A model generated the notes under the pieces. That model saw nothing but the letters and a program-made list of their open reading frames with translations, did not search any database and was not told the origin of the DNA. A DNA stretch of 18,609 nt from Armatimonadota bacterium (lineage in GTDB: Bacteria; Sysuimicrobiota; Sysuimicrobiia; Sysuimicrobiales; Humicultoraceae). Location of the stretch: NCBI GenBank assembly GCA_037446215.1, contig JBBIJB010000048.1:1-18609 (forward strand), written 5' to 3'. The stretch's first letter is position 1, and each line of letters opens with the position of its first letter. The translations under genes were made by a program, and so were the position numbers. Below are positions 1 to 7,520 of the stretch, piece after piece.

Positions 1-278
1 GGCACGTCCGGCCGGGTCGCGGCGAAGGCGAACGTCAGGCCGGTGAGCGTGGCGGTCAGGGTCGAGATGACCATCATCGCCAGGCTGTTCCTGGCGGCCT
101 GCATCCAGCGCAGGCTCTTGGGGATGTCCAGGTAGTCCTGCAGCGTAGGATAGACCAGCACCCTGAAGGTGGGGTAGAGGACGAAGACCACAAGCACGAC
201 CGCAGCCGCTGCAAAGGTAAGCAGCAGGCCCGGGTCGGCCGCGTGCCTGCGGATCTCAGCCCATCGGGCTAGCGCCAT
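1..278 (-). CDS. ABC transporter permease, FbpB/AfuB family (5' part; runs off the window edge)
   Basis: Not in ORF track. Hand translation from ATG at 278: MALARWAEIRRHAADPGLLLTFAAAAVVLVVFVLYPTFRVLVYPTLQDYLDIPKSLRWMQAARNSLAMMVISTLTATLTGLTFAFAATRPDV. Hydrophobic helices with the typical FVLYP...NSL pattern; SD-like AGAGGG upstream; follows the binding-protein gene. Confidence 0.88.
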   Translation of the reverse strand, partial: MALARWAEIRRHAADPGLLLTFAAAAVVLVVFVLYPTFRVLVYPTLQDYLDIPKSLRWMQAARNSLAMMVISTLTATLTGLTFAFAATRPDV

Positions 279-301
279 CTCAGCCCTCTAGGTGGGCCCG
301 A

Positions 302-337
302 GGGGCGGGCGTGCCGTGCGCAGTCGCCGCCCGCCCC
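302..337. other. GC-rich intergenic stem-loop between binding-protein and permease genes (probable mRNA-stabilising hairpin)
   Basis: Perfect 10-bp inverted repeat GGGGCGGGCG (302-311) / CGCCCGCCCC (328-337); no U-tract. Confidence 0.6.
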
Positions 338-362
338 CGAGATCCAGTGTGATGGTACCGCC

Positions 363-1382
363 TCAGCGGCCGATCTCCCTCGTCCAGCGCTCGCGTACCC
401 GCGCCTGGTTGTCGATCGCCCATGCCCGGTCGTACTTCACGAACTTGAGCGCCTCGAACGCGGTCGCGCCCATCGGGACCGGCACGTCCGCCCTGACGGG
501 GTAGCGGAACCCGTACTTGGAGTTGATGTCCTGCGGCGTGCGGGTCAGCAGGAAGTCCACATACGCCTTTGCGCCCTCGACGTTGGGGCCGCCCTTGACT
601 ATCGAGACCGCCCCGATCTCGAACGCCGTGTCGGGGGGCACCACGGTCTCAAGGGGCTGCATCCCTGCGAGGCGCGCACCGATGCCCTCGTGTGCCCACT
701 GCATGCCGACTACGCCCTCGCCGCGCGCCAGGAGCGTGATCGTGCCGGGCGCGGTGGGGGTGTACTGAGAAGCATTCGCATTAAGAGCCCTGAGGAACGC
801 CCATGCACGCTCCTCGCCCAGGCGGAAGATCTGCGCCGCGACGAAGATGTACCCACCGCCGGTGGTGATGGGGCTCGGCATAATGAAGTGCCCCCTGAAC
901 TCGGGCCGGAGGAAGTCGTCCCAGGTGGCGGGCTTCGGGATGCGCCGAGGCGCCATCTCGCGATCCCACCGGTCGGTGTTCACGATGATCCCCAGCGCCC
1001 CCAGGTACCAGCCGTGCCAGAAGCCGTCGGGGTCGCGGTAGGCCGGGCTGATCTTCGCCTCGGCGAACGTGGGAGAGACGTACTTGAGCAGCAGCCCCTC
1101 TCGGGCCAGGGGGGCGTGGAAGTCCGCGGAGCCGCCGACGAAGATGTCGGCGCGAGGCTTGTCCTTCTCGACCCTGATTCGCGCCGCGATCGTGCCGGCC
1201 GCGGCAACGGCAAGCGACTCCACGGGGATGCCGGTCCTCTTCGTGAACTCGCGGTTCACGAGTGTGTTCTCAAGGTCTGGCAGAGCGGAGTAGACGACGA
1301 TCTTGGAGGACTGGGCCTGCGTGATGCCCGCGCCCGACAGTACCATTGCCAAGAGCAACGCCACCGTAGCGATACGCCTCAT
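363..1382 (-). CDS. ABC transporter substrate-binding protein, AfuA/FbpA family (sugar-phosphate/Fe3+ clade)
   Basis: 339 aa; Sec signal peptide MRRIATVALLLAMVLSGAGITQA; motifs EKDKPRADIFVGG, NTDR, PATWDD, WAHE, FEIGAVSIVKGG, AKAYVDF resemble AfuA-type proteins; SD AGGAGG upstream. Confidence 0.9.
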   Translation of the reverse strand: MRRIATVALLLAMVLSGAGITQAQSSKIVVYSALPDLENTLVNREFTKRTGIPVESLAVAAAGTIAARIRVEKDKPRADIFVGGSADFHAPLAREGLLLKYVSPTFAEAKISPAYRDPDGFWHGWYLGALGIIVNTDRWDREMAPRRIPKPATWDDFLRPEFRGHFIMPSPITTGGGYIFVAAQIFRLGEERAWAFLRALNANASQYTPTAPGTITLLARGEGVVGMQWAHEGIGARLAGMQPLETVVPPDTAFEIGAVSIVKGGPNVEGAKAYVDFLLTRTPQDINSKYGFRYPVRADVPVPMGATAFEALKFVKYDRAWAIDNQARVRERWTREIGR

Positions 1383-1441
1383 TCCGATCCTCCTCTCGTG
1401 ATCTCTTTCGTTCCCAGCCGACTGCTCGAGAAACCAGATCT

Positions 1442-1462
1442 CCTGCCGGCCATGCCGGCAGG
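1442..1462. other. Inverted repeat in the HAD-to-binding-protein intergenic region
   Basis: CCTGCCGGC-cat-GCCGGCAGG, 9-bp perfect stem with a 3-nt loop. Confidence 0.45.
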
Positions 1463-1514
1463 GCTTGCCCAGGCTAACCAGAACTTACCACCACGGGCGG
1501 TGCCGCACCTGCAC

Positions 1515-2324
1515 CTACTGCTCGCCCGCGGCAAGCACGAATCTGTCGATCACCTCCTGCAGGCCGTGATCGTTGTTGCTGGGGGCCACGAAGTCGGCTC
1601 GCGCGCGCAGCTCCTCGGGCCCGTTCGCCATCGCCACCCCCATGCCCGCGTACTCGATCATCTCGAGATCGTTCAGGTTGTCGCCGACGGCGATTATCGA
1701 CTCTCGCTCCAAGCCCAGCCTGGCGGCAACCTCCCGTAGAGCGCTCCCCTTGTTCACGCCGGGAGGCAGGATCTCAAGGTAGTTCGTCTCCGAGTAGACG
1801 TAGTTGACCGAGAAGGGCAGCGCGTCGATCTCCCGCCCGACGGCGAGAAGATCCGCGCGCTCGCCTATGTTGAGGATCTTCATCGGCTCGGCCCGCAGCC
1901 AGTCGGCCAGATCGCCCACGGCCTCGGCCTCCAGCCCGTCCTTCTGCTGGTAGGCGACCGTGGCCTCGGTCATCCGCGGAACGAACACCCGCTCGTCCGC
2001 GTAGAGGTGAGGCTGCACCGACGGGTGGCGCCTGAGGATTCGCAGCACCGCCAATGCGTGATCCATCGGAAGGGGCGCGCGGAACCAGACCTCGTCCCGG
2101 AGGTGGTCGTAGACGAGCCCCCCGTTGTAGAGGATGACGGGGGGATCGGCCCCCAGCCCCTCTACGAACCTCCGGGCCGACGGCCATATCCTCCCGGTGG
2201 CCAGGCAGACGCGGACTCCTCGCTCCTGCGCCGCGACCACCGCGGCGCGCACAGGAGGGGTGATCTCTCGCCTGGCGTTGACGAGGGTCCCGTCTATGTC
2301 CACTGCGAGCAACCGATACCGCAT
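1515..2324 (-). CDS. Cof-type HAD-IIB family phosphatase
   Basis: True start at ATG 2324 (MRYRLLAVDIDGTL), 269 aa; motifs DxDGT, LATGR, NGG, GVNKG, GDNLNDLEM, VAMANG. The ORF-track extension to 2888 is spurious. Confidence 0.95.
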   Translation of the reverse strand: MRYRLLAVDIDGTLVNARREITPPVRAAVVAAQERGVRVCLATGRIWPSARRFVEGLGADPPVILYNGGLVYDHLRDEVWFRAPLPMDHALAVLRILRRHPSVQPHLYADERVFVPRMTEATVAYQQKDGLEAEAVGDLADWLRAEPMKILNIGERADLLAVGREIDALPFSVNYVYSETNYLEILPPGVNKGSALREVAARLGLERESIIAVGDNLNDLEMIEYAGMGVAMANGPEELRARADFVAPSNNDHGLQEVIDRFVLAAGEQ

Positions 2325-2377
2325 GGTGGCCTCTTCTTCCCTGCTCCCCTTCCCGTCCTCCAAGCCGCCCGGCCCTC

Positions 2378-3361
2378 CTAGTCGAGAGGCAGCCGGACCG
2401 CCCGCTCCTCGCGGGTCGCCCTGTACACGGCCTCGACCAGCTCGGTGGCCCGGAATCCGTCCTCCGCCGTTACCGCAGGAGGATGGTCGCCCAGCGCGGA
2501 GCTCACGAAGCCCCGATCCTGCTCGACATATCCCCACTTCTGATCGAAGGCCATGTGGAAGCAGTCGATCGACTCGACCTGCTCCCGCATGCCGGGGCTG
2601 AACCACGCCCTCTCGAGCTCCTCGGTGACCACGGTGCAGTGGTCGCCGTAGATCTCCACGCGCTCGTAGGGGAAGAGCCACGAGGTGTGTGCCACGCTCG
2701 TCACGGACGCCACCACGCCGCTCTTGAACGTGAAGAGCATGACGAAGCCGTCGGGCTCGCTGTAGACGCTCTGCCTCGCCGCTCCGCAGACCTCGGCCAC
2801 GTCGCCGAAAAGGAATCGCCCCATATCGAACAGGTGCACCGGCGTCTCGTAGAGGTACCCGCCGGTCACGGCGGGGTCCCCCGTCCACGGCGGGGCCTTC
2901 AACTCTCCCCTGTTGTGCTTCATCTGGGCCATACGAGGGATGACCGAGCCCTCCTCGATGCGCTGCTTCGCGAAGCGATAGACGTTGGAGAAGCGCCGGT
3001 TGAACCCTATCTGGTAGGCGCCCTTCGCCTTCTTGCTGGCGTCGCGGATCCGGCGTGCGCCCTCGAGAGAGGTCGCCATCGGCTTCTCTGAGAACACGTG
3101 GAGCCCGGCCTCGAGAGCGGCCACCACCGGCTCCACGTGCAGCGAGTTGGGAGTGCAGATGAACACTGCCTGAGCGCCCGCGTCGATGAGGGACGGAAGC
3201 CCGTCGAGGGCGCGGGTCTCCACCTCTCCGGCGAGGCGCGAGGCCGCCGCCGGCGCGACGTCGGCCACCCCCACCAGCTCGACCCGAGGATCCCGCTTCA
3301 GGACCAGCGTGTGTACGCGGCCGATGAAGCCAGCTCCGAGTACGCCGACCTTGAGACTCAT
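2378..3361 (-). CDS. Gfo/Idh/MocA family NAD(P)-dependent dehydrogenase (probable inositol/cyclitol dehydrogenase)
   Basis: 327 aa; GAGFIG Rossmann motif, CTPNSLH, EKP motif, GFNRRF, ETPVH; lies between iolI and the HAD gene. Confidence 0.92.
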   Translation of the reverse strand: MSLKVGVLGAGFIGRVHTLVLKRDPRVELVGVADVAPAAASRLAGEVETRALDGLPSLIDAGAQAVFICTPNSLHVEPVVAALEAGLHVFSEKPMATSLEGARRIRDASKKAKGAYQIGFNRRFSNVYRFAKQRIEEGSVIPRMAQMKHNRGELKAPPWTGDPAVTGGYLYETPVHLFDMGRFLFGDVAEVCGAARQSVYSEPDGFVMLFTFKSGVVASVTSVAHTSWLFPYERVEIYGDHCTVVTEELERAWFSPGMREQVESIDCFHMAFDQKWGYVEQDRGFVSSALGDHPPAVTAEDGFRATELVEAVYRATREERAVRLPLD

Positions 3362-3403
3362 ACGAGCAACCCTCCCGTCCTCACAGGTTTCACCGCGGTT
3401 CTT

Positions 3404-3424
3404 CCGGCGGCCTCACACCGCCGG
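3404..3424. other. Intergenic hairpin immediately after the iolI stop codon
   Basis: CCGGCGG-cctcaca-CCGCCGG, 7-bp stem, no U-tract. Confidence 0.4.
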
Positions 3425-3425
3425 C

Positions 3426-4253
3426 TCACGCGAAGAGGCTGCGCGTGCTCTCCAGCCCGCGCCGCGCCAGCTCCTCCGGATCCCACTCCCAGTACTCCGG
3501 CCTGAACAGCTCCAGCGAGTAGGTGCCGCGGTAGCCCATCTCCTCAAGGCGCCCGACCAGTTCACGCAGCGGGATCACCCCCTCTCCGGGGAGGAGCCGG
3601 TGCGCGTCTCCAAGCCCCGAAGGATCTCCGGGCTCGGCGTCGTCGACGTGAACCACGAAGATGCTCGATGCGTCCAGCCCGTCCAGGTCCTTCAGCCTTG
3701 ATCCGCCCGCGTAGAAGTGGAACGTGTCTATCACAAGCCCTACCCCAGGATCGCCCACCTCGTCCACGATCTCGCGCGCGGCGCGCAGCGTGCTGACCGA
3801 GCATGTCGCGAATCCCAGGAACTCGAAGCCCACCCGCACGCCGAACTCACCGGCTACCCCCGCCATCGCGCGGAGCGCCGCGACGGTGCGGGCCCTTGCC
3901 TCTTCCTGGGGAATCGCTTCGTCGGGGAGGAAGCTCGGCACGGCGATGACGTAGGGGCTGCCGATGGCCGCCGCCCACCCGCAGAGGGTGCGGCAGCGCG
4001 CGAGCACGGCCTCCAGCCCATCGCCGGTGCGGAGGGTCGAGTCCTCCAGCGCATTTATGCTCGCGGCCGCCAGCCCGTGGGAGCTCAGCAGTCCCGCCAG
4101 CTCCTCGAGGGTACCGCCGGCCGCCAAGAACTCCTCGATCTTCGCGTCCCTCAGCTCAACATCCTGATACCCTGCGGCGGCGGCCACACGGATGTCGCTC
4201 CTCAGGTCGACGTTCGCACCGGTTGTTGCTCCGTTCAGGCCGAATCTCGGCAT
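3426..4253 (-). CDS. iolI: Inosose isomerase (2-keto-myo-inositol isomerase), sugar-phosphate isomerase/epimerase TIM barrel
   Basis: Start ATG 4253 (MPRFGLNGATT), 275 aa. Colinear with my recollection of Bacillus subtilis IolI: NGATT, INAL, YVIAVP, EFLGFATCSV, GLVIDTFHF, HVDDAE, PGEG, SLELFRPEYW. Confidence 0.85.
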   Translation of the reverse strand: MPRFGLNGATTGANVDLRSDIRVAAAAGYQDVELRDAKIEEFLAAGGTLEELAGLLSSHGLAAASINALEDSTLRTGDGLEAVLARCRTLCGWAAAIGSPYVIAVPSFLPDEAIPQEEARARTVAALRAMAGVAGEFGVRVGFEFLGFATCSVSTLRAAREIVDEVGDPGVGLVIDTFHFYAGGSRLKDLDGLDASSIFVVHVDDAEPGDPSGLGDAHRLLPGEGVIPLRELVGRLEEMGYRGTYSLELFRPEYWEWDPEELARRGLESTRSLFA

Positions 4254-4297
4254 GTGCGGACTCTCCTCTCTGGATCGCGGCCCGCGGCGCCCAGCTC

Positions 4298-5071
4298 TCA
4301 GGCGCCGGCCAGGACGCGGCTGCTTTGGCCCAGCGCCTCCTCCGGGGACGCGGAGGGCCAGAACTCCAGGCCGATGGCCTCCCGGTAGCCGGCCTGCGAG
4401 ATGCGCCTCATCATCTCGGGCCACAGGATCGCGCCGGTGCCGGGCTCGCGGCGGCCAGGGACGTCGGCGACGTGAACGTGCACGGTCTTCCCAATGGCAG
4501 GGCCCACGCGATCGAGGATGTCGTCGTGCATCACAGCCATGTGGTAGACGTCGAGCAGGAGCCGCACCGAGGGATGCCCGACCTCGTCGATCAGCCGCTC
4601 CGCCTGGACGAGCCCGTCAAGGAAGTAGCCGGGATGGTCCACCTTGGAGTTCAGAGGCTCGACCGCGAGCGTAACCCCCTTCGCACCTGCCGAATCTCCG
4701 GCGGCCCGGAGCCCGTCTACCGATGCCTCCCACTGGTCGGAGAGGGTGGCACTGTCGGAACGGTATCCGACGTGGGCCACCAGCAGGCGCACTCCGAGCC
4801 TGCGCGCCACCTCCAACGACCGGTCGAGGTGCCGCAGGGTCCTGGGATGATCGGAGCGGGTGACCAGCGGCTCATCGAAGGTGTTGCCGCTGAAGATCAC
4901 GGGCCGGAGCCCAAGGGTATCCTTGGCCCGCTCCATGTCGTCCAGATCCTGCCGCCTCCAATCCCAGAACTCGAACAGCGCGAATCCCATCCCGTGGAGG
5001 CGCCCGAGCGCCTCCCGGGTGGGTGTGTCCTCGAAGATGCTGTCGATGCAGGGGCAGAGCCTGCCTGTCAC
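4298..5071 (-). CDS. Hydroxypyruvate-isomerase (Hyi/OtnI)-family TIM barrel protein
   Basis: 257 aa, GTG start with GAGG SD; EFWDW, LAVEPLN..DHPGYFL, LLDVYHM, HVHVADVPGRREPGTG and GLEF are Hyi-family signatures. Confidence 0.88.
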   Translation of the reverse strand: MTGRLCPCIDSIFEDTPTREALGRLHGMGFALFEFWDWRRQDLDDMERAKDTLGLRPVIFSGNTFDEPLVTRSDHPRTLRHLDRSLEVARRLGVRLLVAHVGYRSDSATLSDQWEASVDGLRAAGDSAGAKGVTLAVEPLNSKVDHPGYFLDGLVQAERLIDEVGHPSVRLLLDVYHMAVMHDDILDRVGPAIGKTVHVHVADVPGRREPGTGAILWPEMMRRISQAGYREAIGLEFWPSASPEEALGQSSRVLAGA

Positions 5072-5127
5072 TGCATACCTCGCGCCGTCGTCAGCGCGCT
5101 TCGCCCCTGGTACGCCTCACGCGACAT
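5068..5127 (-). CDS. Putative 19-aa mini-ORF MSREAYQGRSALTTARGMQ
   Basis: GGAGG (5137-5133) lies 5 nt before ATG 5127 and 3 nt after the iolM stop; its TGA overlaps the GTG of the Hyi-like gene (GTGA). Confidence 0.35.
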   Translation of the reverse strand: MSREAYQGRSALTTARGMQ

Positions 5128-5140
5128 GGACCCCTCCGGT

Positions 5141-6310
5141 TCAGGGAAGGATGACGATCTTGCCGTCCTCGCGCTTCGTGGCCTTCTGTATGGCCTCCGC
5201 GCCCTGGTCCAGGGTGAACCTGTCGGTGATGATCTGGGTCATGTCGATGCGGCGTGCCGCCATCAACCGGATCACAGAGGGGAAGTTGCCGTAGCCGGAG
5301 TGCCCCTGCGCGCCGAACACCTGCGCCGCGTGTGTCTGGAGGTGCTCCAGGTACATCGGCACCCGCTCGGAGGCCCTCCCGATCATCACGATCTTGCCGC
5401 CGACTGCGAGTGTCTCCTCCATCTCAGGGATCGTGAGGGGCGGCAGTCCCGCCGACTCGAAGTGCAGGTCGGCGCCCTCACCCAGGGTGGCCTCCATTAT
5501 CGCGTCGCGCGGCCTAGCGCCCTGCCGCTTGAGCTCGACCGGATCGTAAACGTACTCGGCGCCCATCTTCTTGGCCAGCTCCCGGCGGAACGGCGACACC
5601 TCGAACGCGATGATCCGGCTGGCGCCCGAGGTCCTGGCCAGCGCGATCGCGGCGAGACCGATCGGGCCGGTTCCGAAAACGGTCACGTAGCCGCCCGGCT
5701 TGAACCCGCCGGCTCGAGTAAACATGGCGTTGTAGGAGACGCAGGTCGGCTCGCACACCGCGCCGGCCTCGTAGGCCTTCGTCACGTCGCCGTAGACGTC
5801 GGCCAGCTCGTTGATCTTCCAGCAGTACTTGGCGCCGACGACGATCGACTCCGCCAGCGCTCCATCGATCGTGAAGCCGATCTCCTCGAGCCGCTGGCAC
5901 TGGTTCGGGTAGCCGTTGCGGCAGGGTGTGCACTCGCCGCACCAGATCATCTCTTCGACCGTTACCATGTCTCCGACGCGTAGGTCTGAGACCTCGGAAC
6001 CCACCTCCACGACCTCTCCCGAGAACTCGTGCCCGAGCGCCACCGGGAACTTGGTTAGCCCAGGGTAGAGCATGTAGCCATCGTTGTCGGTCTCGTAGAA
6101 GTGAACGTCGGAACCGCAGATGCCGCATGCTCGGACGCGCACCCGTACATCCCGCGGCCCTACGGAGGCCTCGGGGAGCTCCTTCACGCTGAGCTTCGGG
6201 TTGCGCCAGACGCTGCTGCCGGTTATCGCCTTTCCCGTAGCCCGCTCGAACTCACTGACCTTGTAGCCCTCGCGGGGCTCCCACTTGGCATCAAGCACCA
6301 GACCTTTCAT
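5141..6310 (-). CDS. iolM: Scyllo-inosose 3-dehydrogenase, Zn-dependent MDR family
   Basis: Start ATG 6310 (AAGGAGG SD), 389 aa. The distinctive N-terminus LDAKWEPR...GSSVWRNP and motifs CGICGSDVH, GYMLYPGLTKFPVALGHEFSG, EEMIWCGECTPC, EPTCVSYNA, GPIG, QGHSGYGNFP match my recollection of Thermotoga maritima IolM. Confidence 0.88.
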   Translation of the reverse strand: MKGLVLDAKWEPREGYKVSEFERATGKAITGSSVWRNPKLSVKELPEASVGPRDVRVRVRACGICGSDVHFYETDNDGYMLYPGLTKFPVALGHEFSGEVVEVGSEVSDLRVGDMVTVEEMIWCGECTPCRNGYPNQCQRLEEIGFTIDGALAESIVVGAKYCWKINELADVYGDVTKAYEAGAVCEPTCVSYNAMFTRAGGFKPGGYVTVFGTGPIGLAAIALARTSGASRIIAFEVSPFRRELAKKMGAEYVYDPVELKRQGARPRDAIMEATLGEGADLHFESAGLPPLTIPEMEETLAVGGKIVMIGRASERVPMYLEHLQTHAAQVFGAQGHSGYGNFPSVIRLMAARRIDMTQIITDRFTLDQGAEAIQKATKREDGKIVILP

Positions 6311-6356
6311 CCACATTCCCTCCTTGGATAGTTGAAGTGCACTCCCTGGACCGCTC

Positions 6357-7382
6357 TCAACTCGCCCCGCGCCCCCCGGCCCCAGATGCGCCACACGAAG
6401 CCCTCACCACCAGCGCCGGATCGAGAACCAGGCGTCGGGGCCGGCGGTCGCCGCCGTTCAGCAGTTCCATCATCCGCTCCATCGCCAGGCGGCCCATACG
6501 GTACTTCGGCTGGGCGACCGTGGTGAGCTGGGGTTCGACGAGCGAGGCAAAGGTGATATCGTCGAACCCCACAACGGCCACGTCCTCCGGGAGCCTGCGC
6601 CCCTTGGCCCGGAGTTCCTCCATAGCCCCGATGGCCATCAGGTCGTTGCAGGCCACCACGGCGCTGAACCTCACCCGCCGCCGCAACAGCGATGCCGCGG
6701 CCGCGGCGCCTCCCTCGGCGCTCAGGCCGCCGTCGCCGAGCAGGGCGGGCTCCGGCCGCAGGCCCGCCGCCCGCAGGGCGTCCTTGTAGCCCGCGAGCCG
6801 ATCTCGCTCCACCGGGTGAGTATGCGGACCGATGAAGGCGATGCGGCTGTGGCCGAGGCTGAGCAGGTGCTCGGTGGCTTCGCGGCCACCGCGGCGGTTG
6901 TCGACAAGAACAGCGTCGATGCCTACCCCCTCGGGCGCCCGCGCAATAAGGACTACCGGTACTCCCTGCCGTCGCAACATACGGAGGTGCCCCGTATTCG
7001 CACTGACGGTGGCGAAGATGAGTCCATCCACCATCCGCTTGCGGAGCAGGGTCAGATAGCTACGCTCCTTGGCCAGATCCTCGTAGGTGTTGCAGAGCAG
7101 GACCGCGAGTCCGGCGTCGTTCGCCACGTCCTCTATGCCGCGGGCGATCGCGGGGTAGAAAGGGTTGCTGATGTCCGGGACTATGAGGCCGATCGTGTGG
7201 GTTACGCGGCTCTTCAGCCCGCGCGCCACGAGGTTCGGCTGGTATCTGAGGCGTGCGACCACGGCCCGCACGCGGCGGCGCGTGCCCTCGCTCACGCGGT
7301 GATCGCTTCCGCTCACCACACGCGACACGGTTGCGACCGAGACGCCGGCCGCCGATGCCACCTCGCGTATGGTTGAAGCCAA
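6357..7382 (-). CDS. LacI family transcriptional regulator
   Basis: HTH TIREVASAAGVSVATVSRV, hinge YQPNLVARGL, NPFY, CNDLMAIG, GFDD, LTTVAQP. Likely start TTG 7382 after GGAGG; alternative ATG 7400. Confidence 0.96.
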   Translation of the reverse strand: MASTIREVASAAGVSVATVSRVVSGSDHRVSEGTRRRVRAVVARLRYQPNLVARGLKSRVTHTIGLIVPDISNPFYPAIARGIEDVANDAGLAVLLCNTYEDLAKERSYLTLLRKRMVDGLIFATVSANTGHLRMLRRQGVPVVLIARAPEGVGIDAVLVDNRRGGREATEHLLSLGHSRIAFIGPHTHPVERDRLAGYKDALRAAGLRPEPALLGDGGLSAEGGAAAAASLLRRRVRFSAVVACNDLMAIGAMEELRAKGRRLPEDVAVVGFDDITFASLVEPQLTTVAQPKYRMGRLAMERMMELLNGGDRRPRRLVLDPALVVRASCGASGAGGRGAS

Positions 7383-7448
7383 GCCTCCGCCTCCACTCAT
7401 GCCGGGGTGCGCGCAGCGGCCTCCACCAGGCCCTCCGGCCGCCCGCGA

Positions 7449-7464
7449 TGGTAAACGATTACCA
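7449..7464. promoter_or_regulatory. LacI-type operator TGGTAAACGATTACCA
   Basis: 14 of 16 positions palindromic with central CG; AT-rich in a GC-rich context; about 65 bp upstream of the lacI start and just downstream of the predicted promoter. Confidence 0.85.
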
Positions 7465-7472
7465 CATCCGCG

Positions 7473-7499
7473 GTTCGACGGCAAGACCTGGATTCCTGC
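7473..7499 (-). promoter_or_regulatory. SigH-like promoter of the lacI-iol operon
   Basis: Minus strand GCAGGA-atccaggtcttgccgtc-GAAC, i.e. AGGA-N17-GAAy, the Bacillus sigma-H geometry; operator starts 9 nt downstream. Confidence 0.6.
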
Positions 7500-7520
7500 C
7501 AAGCTCGGAGGGGCGCGTAC

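Noticed and set aside
2325..2888. Long N-terminal extensions in the ORF track (HAD to 2888, iolI to 4424, iolM to 6394, lacI to 7502, coxM to 18400, SLH gene from 9426)
   Set aside because: They overlap neighbouring genes or promoter elements and are mostly low-complexity Arg/Gly/Pro; the family domains begin at the downstream starts. Not fusions.
3379..3417. Direct repeat CCTCACA (3379-3385, 3411-3417) between iolI and the dehydrogenase gene
   Set aside because: Only 7 bp in two copies and unlike the LacI operator; insufficient support.
4223..5983. 586-aa plus-strand ORF (likewise 690-1739, 13711-15750, 16203-17024, 17086-18483, 17189-18274)
   Set aside because: Antisense shadows of well-supported minus-strand genes; long stop-free frames are expected at this GC content and show no recognisable motifs.
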